Shown: piece by piece, positions 1 through 8,418 of the stretch
Numbering within the stretch: the first letter of the stretch is position 1
How the letters are laid out: every line of letters begins with the position of its first letter
Assembly: GCA_050124795.1 (NCBI GenBank)
Contig: JASFEO010000001.1
Location: 32,001 to 96,000, forward strand
Length of the DNA stretch: 64,000 bases
Source: Candidatus Pacearchaeota archaeon
GTDB lineage: Archaea; Nanobdellota; Nanobdellia; Pacearchaeales; GW2011-AR1
Direction of reading: 5' to 3'
Made by a program: the position numbers and the translations under genes
The notes under the pieces: generated by a model
The model's input: only the letters and a program-made list of their open reading frames with translations
Told to the model about the DNA's origin: nothing
Databases searched by the model: none

Positions 1-2
1 AC

Positions 3-575
3 TTGTTAATTGGAAAACCAATAATGGACAATGAAAGATTTTCTTTTTTAGAATTAGGAGATAAAAAAATAGTCAGAATTAATGTAATCGGAAACATAGT
101 TGACAGATACGACAGCGAAGGAGAAACCAAGTTCACTTCTTTTACAATCGACGACGGCTCAGGACAAATGAAAATGAGAGTCTTTGCTGACGATGTTGGG
201 AAATTCAAAAATATTTTACAAGGACAAACTGTTGTTGTAATAGGTCTCTTAAGATTTTACAATAATGAAATTTATATTTCCCCAGACATAATAAAAGAAC
301 ATGATTCAAAATATTTACTAATTAGAAAACTTGAAACAGAAAAAGAGCGAAATAAAAACACAACCCCTGTCGAGAGAACAGAAATGATCGCAATAAAAGA
401 TAAAATTTTAGAAAAAATAAAATCATCTGAAGAAGACGGCGGCATTGAAACAGACAAAATCATCATGGAGTTAAGAGAGGCAACACCAGAAATAATAAAT
501 CAGGAAATTCAAAAGCTCCTTGAAGAAGGAATTATTTTTGAACCCCGCCCTGGAAAAGTTCGTTGGCTGGGTTAA
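3..575 (+). CDS. RPA2/RPA32-like OB-fold ssDNA-binding protein (5' truncated by window)
   Basis: OB-fold motif V.VIG.IV...FTIDDGSG...VVVIG and C-terminal winged helix (IQKLLEEGIIFEPRPGKVRWL). Confidence 0.75.
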   Translation: MLIGKPIMDNERFSFLELGDKKIVRINVIGNIVDRYDSEGETKFTSFTIDDGSGQMKMRVFADDVGKFKNILQGQTVVVIGLLRFYNNEIYISPDIIKEHDSKYLLIRKLETEKERNKNTTPVERTEMIAIKDKILEKIKSSEEDGGIETDKIIMELREATPEIINQEIQKLLEEGIIFEPRPGKVRWLG

Positions 576-576
576 A

Positions 577-957
577 ATGGAGCTAAACAGAGATGAATTA
601 ATTTTTGCAGAAGAAGTTCTTTATCTGTTATACAATAAAGGAATAAAAAGTTTCCCATTTAAAACCAGGCAATATCACTTTGCATTAAAAAAGATTAAAA
701 ATGATTTTGAGAAAAAAAGAGAACTGAATTTTCCATTAGATTTTTTATTGACGCTTGAACCTATTACTGGAGAATTTCCAAGAATGTATGCTGCGATTAT
801 GAGGAATTTAGGAGAATGTGCTGCAATAAAATCACCTTACTTTAATGAAATAACTTTTGACTCATACTCCAGAAGAATTCAGAATTTTTTAGTTAAGGGT
901 AATCCTTTGGTTGAAAAATTTACAAAGAGTTTTATTAAAGAACTTAAACTTTGTTAA
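577..957 (+). CDS. hypothetical protein
   Basis: ATG at 577 just after upstream stop; 126-aa ORF, no recognised motif. Confidence 0.55.
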   Translation: MELNRDELIFAEEVLYLLYNKGIKSFPFKTRQYHFALKKIKNDFEKKRELNFPLDFLLTLEPITGEFPRMYAAIMRNLGECAAIKSPYFNEITFDSYSRRIQNFLVKGNPLVEKFTKSFIKELKLC

Positions 958-968
958 AAATCTAAGAG

Positions 969-1250
969 TTAACTATAATCTTTTTTAATAGAAAATGTAT
1001 CTCCTATCCCAGACATTTTTTCATAGAGTTTAAATGTTCTTTTTAGTACTCCTTCAAATTTTGAAGAGTATAGATAGGCAGTCTCATGTAGATTGCTGAT
1101 TCCAAAAATCGTTTTTTTCTTTCTCTTTGACTTTTATCCATTCTGGGGTGTATTTTACTTCAACATCAAAACTTTTTCCATAAAGTGAATCAATAAAACA
1201 TGAAAGTTCTCTAAAAGCTTTTCCCCAGTTATATCTTTAATCTTTGCCAT
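969..1250 (-). pseudogene. small ORF broken by two frameshifts (or assembly indels)
   Basis: ATG 1250 with upstream TTTATAAA; three frame segments (MAKIKDITGEK / RELSCFIDSLYGKSFDVEVKYTPEWIKVKEKEK / TIFGISNLHETAYL...DYS*) join at homopolymer runs. Confidence 0.4.
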
Positions 1251-1301
1251 AACTTTTCATAGAAATATCTCTTTATAAAAATTTATATCTTTTGAAATAA
1301 C

Positions 1302-1793
1302 TTATTTTTTATGGTATTTTTTATTAAACCAATAAGCCACATAAATTACAATAACTAATCCAACTAAGCTTAATAAAAATTTCATCAGGTCTGCAGAATA
1401 TTGCCAGTATCCCCCGACGCCGTAAAGAATTGTTGCAACTCCTCCGCCCATAAGTCCTGCGCCAACTGCTTCAAGACCAAAAACTAAAGCGCCAATTGCA
1501 ATTATAATTATCCCAAGAGGAAGAGTCACTAAAAAAACTTTTTTATAATATTTCTCCCTTGCCTTGTCATATTCCTCTTCGCAACCGGAATAAATATTGC
1601 AATAACCATGGTCTTCCCACACTCCTCCTTCTGCAGCACATTCGCTTTGAGTTTCAATAACTTTCGCAGTTCTCACACTTCCGCAAAAATCATCGTACTC
1701 AGGCTTTTCAAAAATTAAATTATTTCCATAAACAACCACGAAAATTGTCAGAATCATAATCGCAATTCCAAGAACAATATTTTTTATATCCAT
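1302..1793 (-). CDS. membrane protein with Cys-containing extracellular loop
   Basis: N-terminal TM helix, Cys loop, three C-terminal TM segments. Confidence 0.7.
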   Translation of the reverse strand: MDIKNIVLGIAIMILTIFVVVYGNNLIFEKPEYDDFCGSVRTAKVIETQSECAAEGGVWEDHGYCNIYSGCEEEYDKAREKYYKKVFLVTLPLGIIIIAIGALVFGLEAVGAGLMGGGVATILYGVGGYWQYSADLMKFLLSLVGLVIVIYVAYWFNKKYHKK

Positions 1794-1835
1794 AACCAAA
1801 CAATGCAAATTTAGTTTATATAGTTTTTTATAAGT

Positions 1836-2285
1836 TCAATTTTCTCTGAACATCTCAATCATTTTATCTGTCCATCCCCAGCTTTTAAGAATCTCATTTC
1901 TAGTTTCATTATCAAAATCATTTGGGTCTGGGATTTCCAGATATTCTCCGAGAATATTTTCTGCTTCTTCCCGAAGTTCTTCAGAAGTTTTATGTTTTAA
2001 GTCTTTTCCTAATTCAATAAAATTATAATAAGCATTTGATATAAACTCCCCCGGAATTCCCAGGGAATCAATAGGACTTATTCCTGTCCAGTTAAGTGGC
2101 GTAGTTAATTCATTCATTATCTCTCCATATTTTCTTTCATAATATCTTCTACTAGAGGCAATATATCTTTTATCTTTATTCTTTCCTGCATGAGCAATGC
2201 AATGAAGAGTTCCCTTTAATTCATCTTCAAGAGTTCTTAGAAAAATTTCCATTCCATCACTGACAACATCAAACACACTTTCCAT
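1836..2285 (-). CDS. hypothetical protein
   Basis: 149-aa ORF with TATA upstream. Confidence 0.6.
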   Translation of the reverse strand: MESVFDVVSDGMEIFLRTLEDELKGTLHCIAHAGKNKDKRYIASSRRYYERKYGEIMNELTTPLNWTGISPIDSLGIPGEFISNAYYNFIELGKDLKHKTSEELREEAENILGEYLEIPDPNDFDNETRNEILKSWGWTDKMIEMFREN

Positions 2286-2345
2286 TAATTATTTTAAGAT
2301 TTCTATTTTATAAAAATTTATATACTCTGATTTCGCGAGATAATT

Positions 2346-2753
2346 ATGACATACGAACAATTACTAGATGAAGCATACAAAAAGGTCAAGCAGGTTAATA
2401 CAAATAGCGATCGCTTTGAAATTCCTAGAATTGAGGGTCACTTTGAAGGAAAGAAAACTGTTCTTACTAATTTTCTTGCAATTGCCTCTCACTTAAGACG
2501 TAAGCCAGGGCATTTTCAAAAGTTCATTCTAAAAGAACTTGCAGCATCCGGTCAAATTGAAGGAGAGAGATTAGTCTTAAACATAAAAGTTCCAAGTGCT
2601 AAGATAAATCAAAAAATTGCAGATTATGCAAAAGAATTTGTAATTTGCCGAGAGTGCGGAAAACCAGACACTGAAATCAAAAAAGAAGACAGATTAAATT
2701 TTGTTCATTGTTTAGCTTGCGGTGCTAAGCATTCAGTGAGGGGTAAGATATAA
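2346..2753 (+). CDS. eif2b: translation initiation factor aIF-2 beta subunit
   Basis: YEQLLDEAY, RFEIP, C-terminal zinc ribbon CRECGKPDT...CLACGA. Confidence 0.95.
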   Translation: MTYEQLLDEAYKKVKQVNTNSDRFEIPRIEGHFEGKKTVLTNFLAIASHLRRKPGHFQKFILKELAASGQIEGERLVLNIKVPSAKINQKIADYAKEFVICRECGKPDTEIKKEDRLNFVHCLACGAKHSVRGKI

Positions 2754-3038
2754 ATGGACTTAATGGGATTTTATATTTTTGGGGTTAATAAAGAAATCAG
2801 TAATCCTGATGGAGGTATTACTTATGAAGGAACACTTTCATTTAGAGAGTTAACTCAGAAAGATATAAATAATTCTTCTACAAAAGATTTAGAAAGATTC
2901 TTAGAAACAATACGTGTTCAGTTAAATGGCGGGGGGTGTTTTTCTGATTCAAATATTTTTAGGAATAGAATAAATCAAAGCGCAATATATCGTGCTAAAT
3001 ATTTTGTTGGAGAAAAATTATCTAATCAAAATCCTTAA
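2754..3038 (+). CDS. hypothetical protein
   Basis: ORF directly abutting aIF2-beta stop. Confidence 0.5.
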   Translation: MDLMGFYIFGVNKEISNPDGGITYEGTLSFRELTQKDINNSSTKDLERFLETIRVQLNGGGCFSDSNIFRNRINQSAIYRAKYFVGEKLSNQNP

Positions 3039-3101
3039 AAACCCTCGCTACTTAAGGTTTTTAGAGATTCTATTGAATCTATAATTAAATCGGAGGTAAA
3101 A

Positions 3102-3311
3102 ATGGTAGAAGGATATTGTGTTGTGTGCAAAAAGTCTGGCGGAAAAACAAAAAGAAAAATGAAAGACCCTGTAATTGAAAAAACTTCAAAGGGCGGATTT
3201 ATTGCAAAGGGAATATGTTCTGATTGCGGCAAGACAAAAATGTGCGCAATGATGTCAAAAGACAATGCTGAAAAAGCAATTTCATCAGGCGAAGCTAAAA
3301 AAGGCTTTTAG
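3102..3311 (+). CDS. DUF5679-like small zinc-ribbon protein
   Basis: YCVVCK...MKDP...KGICSDCG; GGAGGT Shine-Dalgarno upstream; T-tract downstream. Confidence 0.75.
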   Translation: MVEGYCVVCKKSGGKTKRKMKDPVIEKTSKGGFIAKGICSDCGKTKMCAMMSKDNAEKAISSGEAKKGF

Positions 3312-3459
3312 TTTTACTTTTATTTTTTTCTTTTTATTTTTTATTAAACAATTCTTAATTGGATATTCTAGAAAATTAAAACGCATTCATCTGAAACCAA
3401 TAGTTGTCGTCTCTATTCATATATGCTTCAAAATCATTTAGAAATATCCCAAAATCTCC

Positions 3460-4014
3460 CTAAAAGCCAATTGGTCTTATTATATCACATGACTTGGCAA
3501 AATCTGCATTAGCTATCTTTTTTAGATAAGTTAAATTTTCATCTGCAGAGAATATTCTATATGCCATGCTTGCCTCAACAATTGATTTAGATTCATACCC
3601 TTTTTGCAGTAAATGTTCATAATAATTTTTAATCCCTTTTTTACCTTGCTTCATTGCCCAATAATATATGCTTCCAAGATGAGTGACCATCTCACGCAAA
3701 CTTTCATCTTCTTCTGAAAAGTCTTTTAATCTTTTTCCTTCATAATGTTCCTTTCTTGCAAAAGGATGCAAAAAATGCCCACACTCATGGCTTGTTATAA
3801 ACATAATATCTTTTTTATCATCATAAATATTATTTACTAAGATAGTGTCTGGGTCATAGAAAAAACCTCCTGCAGAAAGAATCCCCTCTATCCCGACTTC
3901 ACAATAACCAGGATGATTCTGCAGCCCAAAGAACTTGTGCATTCTATTAACATAATCTTTATGTGTTTCAAGTGCAAATTTTTGCCTTTTCTGAATATCT
4001 TCAATTTTTTCCAT
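3460..4014 (-). CDS. putative zincin metallopeptidase (HExxH)
   Basis: GFFY..DTILVN...FITSHECGHFLH followed by downstream Glu (ESLREMV). Confidence 0.55.
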   Translation of the reverse strand: MEKIEDIQKRQKFALETHKDYVNRMHKFFGLQNHPGYCEVGIEGILSAGGFFYDPDTILVNNIYDDKKDIMFITSHECGHFLHPFARKEHYEGKRLKDFSEEDESLREMVTHLGSIYYWAMKQGKKGIKNYYEHLLQKGYESKSIVEASMAYRIFSADENLTYLKKIANADFAKSCDIIRPIGF

Positions 4015-4086
4015 AAATTTTCATTACAATAATCCTTTTTAACAATTATTATCTAAAATTATATAAATAAGATCTAATTTATTTTT

Positions 4087-4380
4087 TTATGAAATCAATC
4101 CATATTTAATTACTACAAGTTCTTGTCTAATTGTGGGGTTGTCCCCCCTTTTGCAAAAATCATAGGGTCTTTCATCTCCTAAAGCGACTATTTTTGAATA
4201 AAACCAATTTCTTGCTTTCTCCTTTGTTCCAAAAACATCAATCATCATATTAATTAATTCTTCTCCTGCATACTTTTGCATCTCTTTAGTCAATAATAAA
4301 TCAAGTTTATGCATCTCTTTAGTCAATAATAAATCAAGTTCTTTGAATTCTTCTCTTTCTAAAAAGTGATCAATTTGCAT
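4087..4380 (-). CDS. Xre/MbcA/ParS-type antitoxin C-terminal (DUF2384-like) domain protein
   Basis: VFGTKEKARNWFYSKIVALGDERPYD...V..ELVVIKYG pattern. Confidence 0.7.
   Translation of the reverse strand: MQIDHFLEREEFKELDLLLTKEMHKLDLLLTKEMQKYAGEELINMMIDVFGTKEKARNWFYSKIVALGDERPYDFCKRGDNPTIRQELVVIKYGLIS
4277..4340. repeat. 33-bp-period tandem duplication (31 bp identical)
   Basis: TGCATCTCTTTAGTCAATAATAAATCAAGTT at 4277-4307 and 4310-4340; encodes LDLLLTKEM twice. Confidence 0.95.
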
Positions 4381-4430
4381 TTAATAATAAGACAAGCAAA
4401 ATATATAAATCCTTCCTCTCTAAATTTTTT

Positions 4431-4727
4431 ATGCTAATAAAAATTCATAAATCTTATAGAGATGTTGTTGCAGTTTGCGACAAAGAACTTCTTGGAAAAT
4501 ATTTTGAAGAAGGCAAATTTCAACTGGATGTGAAAGTTTCTTTTTTTGAAGGTGATGAAAAAAATTCTGAAGAAATGATTGAGGCAATGAAAAATCTAAT
4601 TCGCGAAGATGCAACATTTAATATAATTGGTGAAAAATCAGTTGATTGCGCTATTAAGTCAGGAATTATAACTGAAAGTTCAGTCGGAAAAATTCAGGGC
4701 ATCCCTTTTGCCTTAGTTCTGCTTTAA
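4431..4727 (+). CDS. DUF424 family protein
   Basis: VVAVCDKELLGK.F.EG..QL.V..SFF.G...NIIGEKSV..AI. Confidence 0.85.
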   Translation: MLIKIHKSYRDVVAVCDKELLGKYFEEGKFQLDVKVSFFEGDEKNSEEMIEAMKNLIREDATFNIIGEKSVDCAIKSGIITESSVGKIQGIPFALVLL

Positions 4728-4869
4728 ATGGCTTTGGAACATAATAATCACATTTAGTTTTGTCTTTAAACAAATAACCACACCTTTTTCTCCCTAAGTT
4801 TTTATCAATCTTTCTAAGATAACAATTTTCAACCCTTCCATCAAGGCTAAAACAACATTCTTTTTCCAT
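4666..4869 (-). CDS. small Cys-rich hypothetical protein
   Basis: ATG with TATA upstream; 3' end overlaps DUF424 gene. Confidence 0.4.
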   Translation of the reverse strand: MEKECCFSLDGRVENCYLRKIDKNLGRKRCGYLFKDKTKCDYYVPKPFKAELRQKGCPEFFRLNFQL

Positions 4870-4915
4870 AACAGAAAAATAAAAAATTAGTTTTTAAAAA
4901 TTTATATTCTAAACT

Positions 4916-5452
4916 TTAACTCTTCTTTTTACATAAAATTAAAAATTCCCTATTCCCGCCTTTTTTCCCGACCAAAGGAGACTCAACAATATTTACAATA
5001 TCTACAATTCCGGATATCTCTTTTTTAACTTTCTCTAGGATTTCCTGCAAGTGTTCTTCATTTCTTATTTTTTCATTTGCTTCATAATGCGGTTTTATTA
5101 AACTAACAATTTCCCCATTATCTTTTAAATTCTTGATTGCATTCGGTAAAATCTTTTTTTGAATTGTCCATCCTGCATCAATAGAAATAAAATCACACTT
5201 TTCAGGCAACTTAATATGAATGGCATTTGTTTTATCAAGGACTATAACTCTCTCGTCATCTTTTAATGCAAAATGCAATCTGTTTTTTGAAGTTTCAATT
5301 GAATAAATTTTTTCAGGACCTTCTTCTAAAATTGCCTGCACAAAACCTCCGGTTGAAGAACCAAAATCTGCGCAAACTTTATTTTTTAAATTTAACTTAA
5401 ATTTTTCAATTGCAAACTTTAATTTATGATATCCACGTGAAACCGGCTGCAT
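4916..5452 (-). CDS. tlyA: TlyA/FtsJ-family rRNA 2'-O-methyltransferase lacking S4 domain
   Basis: VSRG.HKL, DFGSSTGGF, LIKPHYE, SPLVGKKGGNREFL. Confidence 0.8.
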   Translation of the reverse strand: MQPVSRGYHKLKFAIEKFKLNLKNKVCADFGSSTGGFVQAILEEGPEKIYSIETSKNRLHFALKDDERVIVLDKTNAIHIKLPEKCDFISIDAGWTIQKKILPNAIKNLKDNGEIVSLIKPHYEANEKIRNEEHLQEILEKVKKEISGIVDIVNIVESPLVGKKGGNREFLILCKKKS

Positions 5453-5522
5453 AAAAGTAATTGTTTTCTTTGTTTAAATTTTTTTCCAAACATTTTATAA
5501 ACTAAATCTTTCTATAATTTTT

Positions 5523-5858
5523 ATGGCATATTTTAATAAAAAGAAACAAAATAATTCTGAAGAGCCAAAAATTGTTAGGGCTCCGTTGCCAAAGGAAAAT
5601 CAAGTTATTGGAATTGTTGAACAGCGCTTAGGTGGAAATAAAATGATGGTGAATTGCCTTGATGGCAAAGCAAGAAATTGCCGGGTTCCCGGAAGACTCA
5701 GGAGAAGACTTTGGTTGCGTCCAGATGATGTTGTGATAATTGAACCTTGGGAACTCGACGACAAAAAAGGAGATGTTTTGTTTAAGTATCGCAATAATCA
5801 AATTGAATGGCTTAAGAAAAATGGTTATCTTAAAACTGAAGGTGTTAATGAGTTTTAA
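5523..5858 (+). CDS. eif1a: translation initiation factor aIF-1A
   Basis: GIVEQRLGGN.M.V.C.DG..R.CRVPGRLRRRLW.R..D.VI..PW. Confidence 0.95.
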   Translation: MAYFNKKKQNNSEEPKIVRAPLPKENQVIGIVEQRLGGNKMMVNCLDGKARNCRVPGRLRRRLWLRPDDVVIIEPWELDDKKGDVLFKYRNNQIEWLKKNGYLKTEGVNEF

Positions 5859-5913
5859 AAAATATATTTTAGAATATGCAAATAAATAAAAAGGAATTCT
5901 CCTAAATAAAAAA

Positions 5914-6099
5914 ATGAGATGTCCAAAAAAAGACTGCATGTACAATGATAGGAATAATCCCCTTTCTGAAGAAGATGAAAAAATTAGAGATTTAGCATTA
6001 CGAGATAATTCAAGTATAGTTTCTGACTGCAGTAGTCCTAATCAAATGACTTTTTTTGGCGAATGCATAACTTATATTCCATTGAAACAAGAAGGTTAA
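5914..6099 (+). CDS. small Cys-containing hypothetical protein
   Basis: 61-aa ORF with CxxxxC and two further Cys. Confidence 0.45.
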   Translation: MRCPKKDCMYNDRNNPLSEEDEKIRDLALRDNSSIVSDCSSPNQMTFFGECITYIPLKQEG

Positions 6100-6121
6100 T
6101 GAGTTTTAGAAATTTCACATT

Positions 6122-6589
6122 TCACTCTAAAGAACAACTATCTCTGGAGGTTATCCTCTCTAATTCTTTTAAAAAGGAAACCATCCTTGTATAATCTTTA
6201 TTTTCTCGAATGGAATTAATATTATTAGGTTCTTTGGCTATTTTCTTAAGCAAGCCTTCAAAACCTTTTATCTTTTTTGAATATTTCTCTCTTGATTTTC
6301 CAATAGGATAGCCAACTTTCTTTAAAATTCGGGTACTAAGCCTTGAAAAGAAAGATATTTCATTTAAATCTACAAGTAATAGATTATTCCCATATTCTTT
6401 TTCAACAGAACGCCAATCAGGACCATATGACCTCATTGTTGCAAAAAGTCCTGCAGAATCTCTTCCAAGATATTCAACTTCTCCTTTAATCATATCCTTA
6501 TTTTTTTCTAAATCATCTAGGACACAGAGTGTATAATGCGCTACGTTATTAATTGAATCCCATGACATAAGAACCAAAACAAATTTCAC
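6122..6589 (-). CDS. hypothetical protein
   Basis: 155-aa ORF filling the intergenic space. Confidence 0.55.
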   Translation of the reverse strand: MKFVLVLMSWDSINNVAHYTLCVLDDLEKNKDMIKGEVEYLGRDSAGLFATMRSYGPDWRSVEKEYGNNLLLVDLNEISFFSRLSTRILKKVGYPIGKSREKYSKKIKGFEGLLKKIAKEPNNINSIRENKDYTRMVSFLKELERITSRDSCSLE

Positions 6590-6649
6590 TTAATAAATAT
6601 TTATGTCCTAAAAGATAATTATAAAAACATTATTTTTTTTATTTCTATT

Positions 6650-7150
6650 ATGAAAGTAATACTTTGTGAAAAACTACCAAGAATTTTAAAGAATAAAAAA
6701 AAATTAGAGAAAACTCTAAATGTTAAAATTCAGAACAGAGGCAAAGAAGTTAAAATTGAAGGGAAAGGCGAAGATGAATTTATTGCTGAGAAAGTAATTG
6801 ATGCTCTTAATTTTGGTTTTTCTTATTCAGATGCAATCTCAATAAAATCTGAAGATTTTGATTTTGAAGTTATTAGTATAAAAGATTACACAAAAAGAAA
6901 AGATTTGAAATCAGTCAGGGCAAGGATAATTGGCGGGGGGGGGAAAACTTTGAAAGTGTTGTCAGACTTATCGCGTTGTTCTTTAGAATTAAAGGAAAAC
7001 TCAGTTGGCATAATTGGTCCGCCTGAGTGCATTCAAAACGCGATTGATGGAATTTCTTCAATTTGTCATGGCTCAAAGCAGTCAAATGTTTACAAACTTC
7101 TAGAAGAACATCAAATTAAAGAACCAGTTGATTTAGGTTTGAAGAAATAA
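6650..7150 (+). CDS. KH-domain ribosome biogenesis factor (Dim2/Pno1/Krr1 family)
   Basis: A..VIDALNFGFS..DA, RARIIGGGGKT KH motif, G.KQSNVY..LE. Confidence 0.9.
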   Translation: MKVILCEKLPRILKNKKKLEKTLNVKIQNRGKEVKIEGKGEDEFIAEKVIDALNFGFSYSDAISIKSEDFDFEVISIKDYTKRKDLKSVRARIIGGGGKTLKVLSDLSRCSLELKENSVGIIGPPECIQNAIDGISSICHGSKQSNVYKLLEEHQIKEPVDLGLKK

Positions 7151-7151
7151 T

Positions 7152-7166
7152 GTCCCTTTAGTTCAG
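7152..7166 (+). repeat. degenerate copy of tRNA-Asn exon 1
   Basis: GTCCCTTTAGTTCAG vs GTCCCCGTAGCTCAG (7937-7951): 12/15 identical, 14/17 with flanking T and A. Confidence 0.7.
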
Positions 7167-7201
7167 AAAGGTTTTATAAAAGATATTTATCTTATTAATT
7201 A

Positions 7202-7969
7202 ATGTATATTCAATTAGATAAAGAAAAACAAAAGTTAATCATAAAACAATCTATTGCTAAAGCTGGTTCTTATAGAAAATTAGCCAAAGAATTAAAGATT
7301 CCTCTTTCATCAATCTGCGCCTATGAAAATGGTAGAGTAATTCTTAAAGAAAGATTCCAAAAAATAATTAGTTTTTTAAAATTAAATCAAAGCAAATTAG
7401 ATTTCAAGGAATTAGATGACAACTGGAGACAAGTTATTGGGGGTAAAAATTGTGTTAAATCAAAAAAACAAAAAGGGACTTATGAGGAACAATTAAGAAA
7501 GGCTCAACAATCTGGAGCATTAAAATTAAAAGATTGGCATAAATCAATGAAGAAAAATAATCCTAGAAAATACTATGAAATGCAGCATTCTAAATTTAAG
7601 ATGATTGCAGGATATAAATTTATAGCAAAAAAAGGACATAAGGTTAGAAATCTCTTTGAAAAAAAGGTAGCAGATATTTTGCATGAATTAAATATTAATT
7701 ATGAATATGAGCCTTTGGTAAAATCAAGAGGGAAAAACGTCTTTCCTGATTTTGTGGTAAATAAAAAAACAATTTTAGAGTGCACTGCCTGGAGAAATGA
7801 GACAAAGGCATATCAATTAAGGGATAAGATAGAGTATTTAAAAAATAATTATCGTGTGTTTGTGGTGATTCCAAAAGGTTTATATAGATATTATCGGATT
7901 TTAGATAAACGTCTGATTCACGGATTAGATGAATTTGTCCCCGTAGCTCAGACTTTTCATTCGTCATAA
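7202..7969 (+). CDS. XRE-like HTH + PD-(D/E)xK-superfamily endonuclease; C-terminus overlaps tRNA-Asn
   Basis: HTH SYRKLAKELKIPLSSICAYENG; nuclease pattern VRNLFEKKVADIL...INYEYEP...FPDFVV...ILEC; TATA TTTTATAAA at about 7172. Confidence 0.75.
   Translation: MYIQLDKEKQKLIIKQSIAKAGSYRKLAKELKIPLSSICAYENGRVILKERFQKIISFLKLNQSKLDFKELDDNWRQVIGGKNCVKSKKQKGTYEEQLRKAQQSGALKLKDWHKSMKKNNPRKYYEMQHSKFKMIAGYKFIAKKGHKVRNLFEKKVADILHELNINYEYEPLVKSRGKNVFPDFVVNKKTILECTAWRNETKAYQLRDKIEYLKNNYRVFVVIPKGLYRYYRILDKRLIHGLDEFVPVAQTFHSS
7873..7887 (+). promoter_or_regulatory. candidate BRE/TATA for tRNA-Asn, inside the nuclease CDS
   Basis: AAAAGGTTTATATAG about 50 nt upstream of tRNA 5' end. Confidence 0.45.
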
Positions 7970-8047
7970 AAAGCGAGGAAAAGGAGCAATTGGCAGAGCG
8001 CATGGCTGTTAACCATGGTGTCGTTGGTTCGAGTCCAGCCGGGGACG
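7937..8047 (+). tRNA. tRNA-Asn(GTT) with 38-nt non-canonical intron at 15/16 (intron 7952-7989)
   Basis: Spliced cloverleaf: GTCCCCG/CGGGGAC, D stem GCTC/GAGC, CATGG-CTGTTAA-CCATG, GTTGG-TTCGAGT-CCAGC; BHB: GCTC-AGA-CTTTTC...GAAAAG-GAGC-AAT. Confidence 0.93.
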
Positions 8048-8101
8048 TTTTATATTTTCCAAAACAGATATTTATTTAAACTAAGAATTACTAACTATTT
8101 T

Positions 8102-8376
8102 ATGAAAACATTAGATGAAATTAGACAGATTGCATTTCAGATAGATGAACTGGCTCTCTCTCTCAGTTAGGGGATAAAGGAGATTACCTTGTTGGTGTTG
8201 GAATATATTTTACAAATAATCCCGAACATGATTTGCCAAAAGATTATTCTGAAAAATTTTATATTTGTGTTCAAGGTGCAGATGATATGAAAAGACCCGA
8301 TGAATTAAAGCTTCCGGAATATAAGGACGGAATTTTTATCACAGAAGAGCAAACAGGCAGACCACAATTCGCCTAA
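8102..8376 (+). pseudogene. small ORF with frameshift(s) near a CT-repeat/G-run (or assembly error)
   Basis: MKTLDEIRQIAFQIDELALS.. then a long open segment in another frame GDYLVGVGIYFTNNPEH...RPQFA*. Confidence 0.4.
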
Positions 8377-8418
8377 GAAATTAATTAATTTTATAAACAT
8401 CTTTCTCTTTTACCAATC

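Noticed and set aside
3376-3462. Amber readthrough (pyrrolysine or recoding) after the HExxH gene
   Set aside because: TAG is a normal stop in other genes here (e.g. gatB, histone), and no pyl genes were seen. A homopolymer error or nonsense mutation is simpler.
7695-8003. 102-aa minus-strand ORF
   Set aside because: Antisense to the nuclease gene and tRNA-Asn; no motif.
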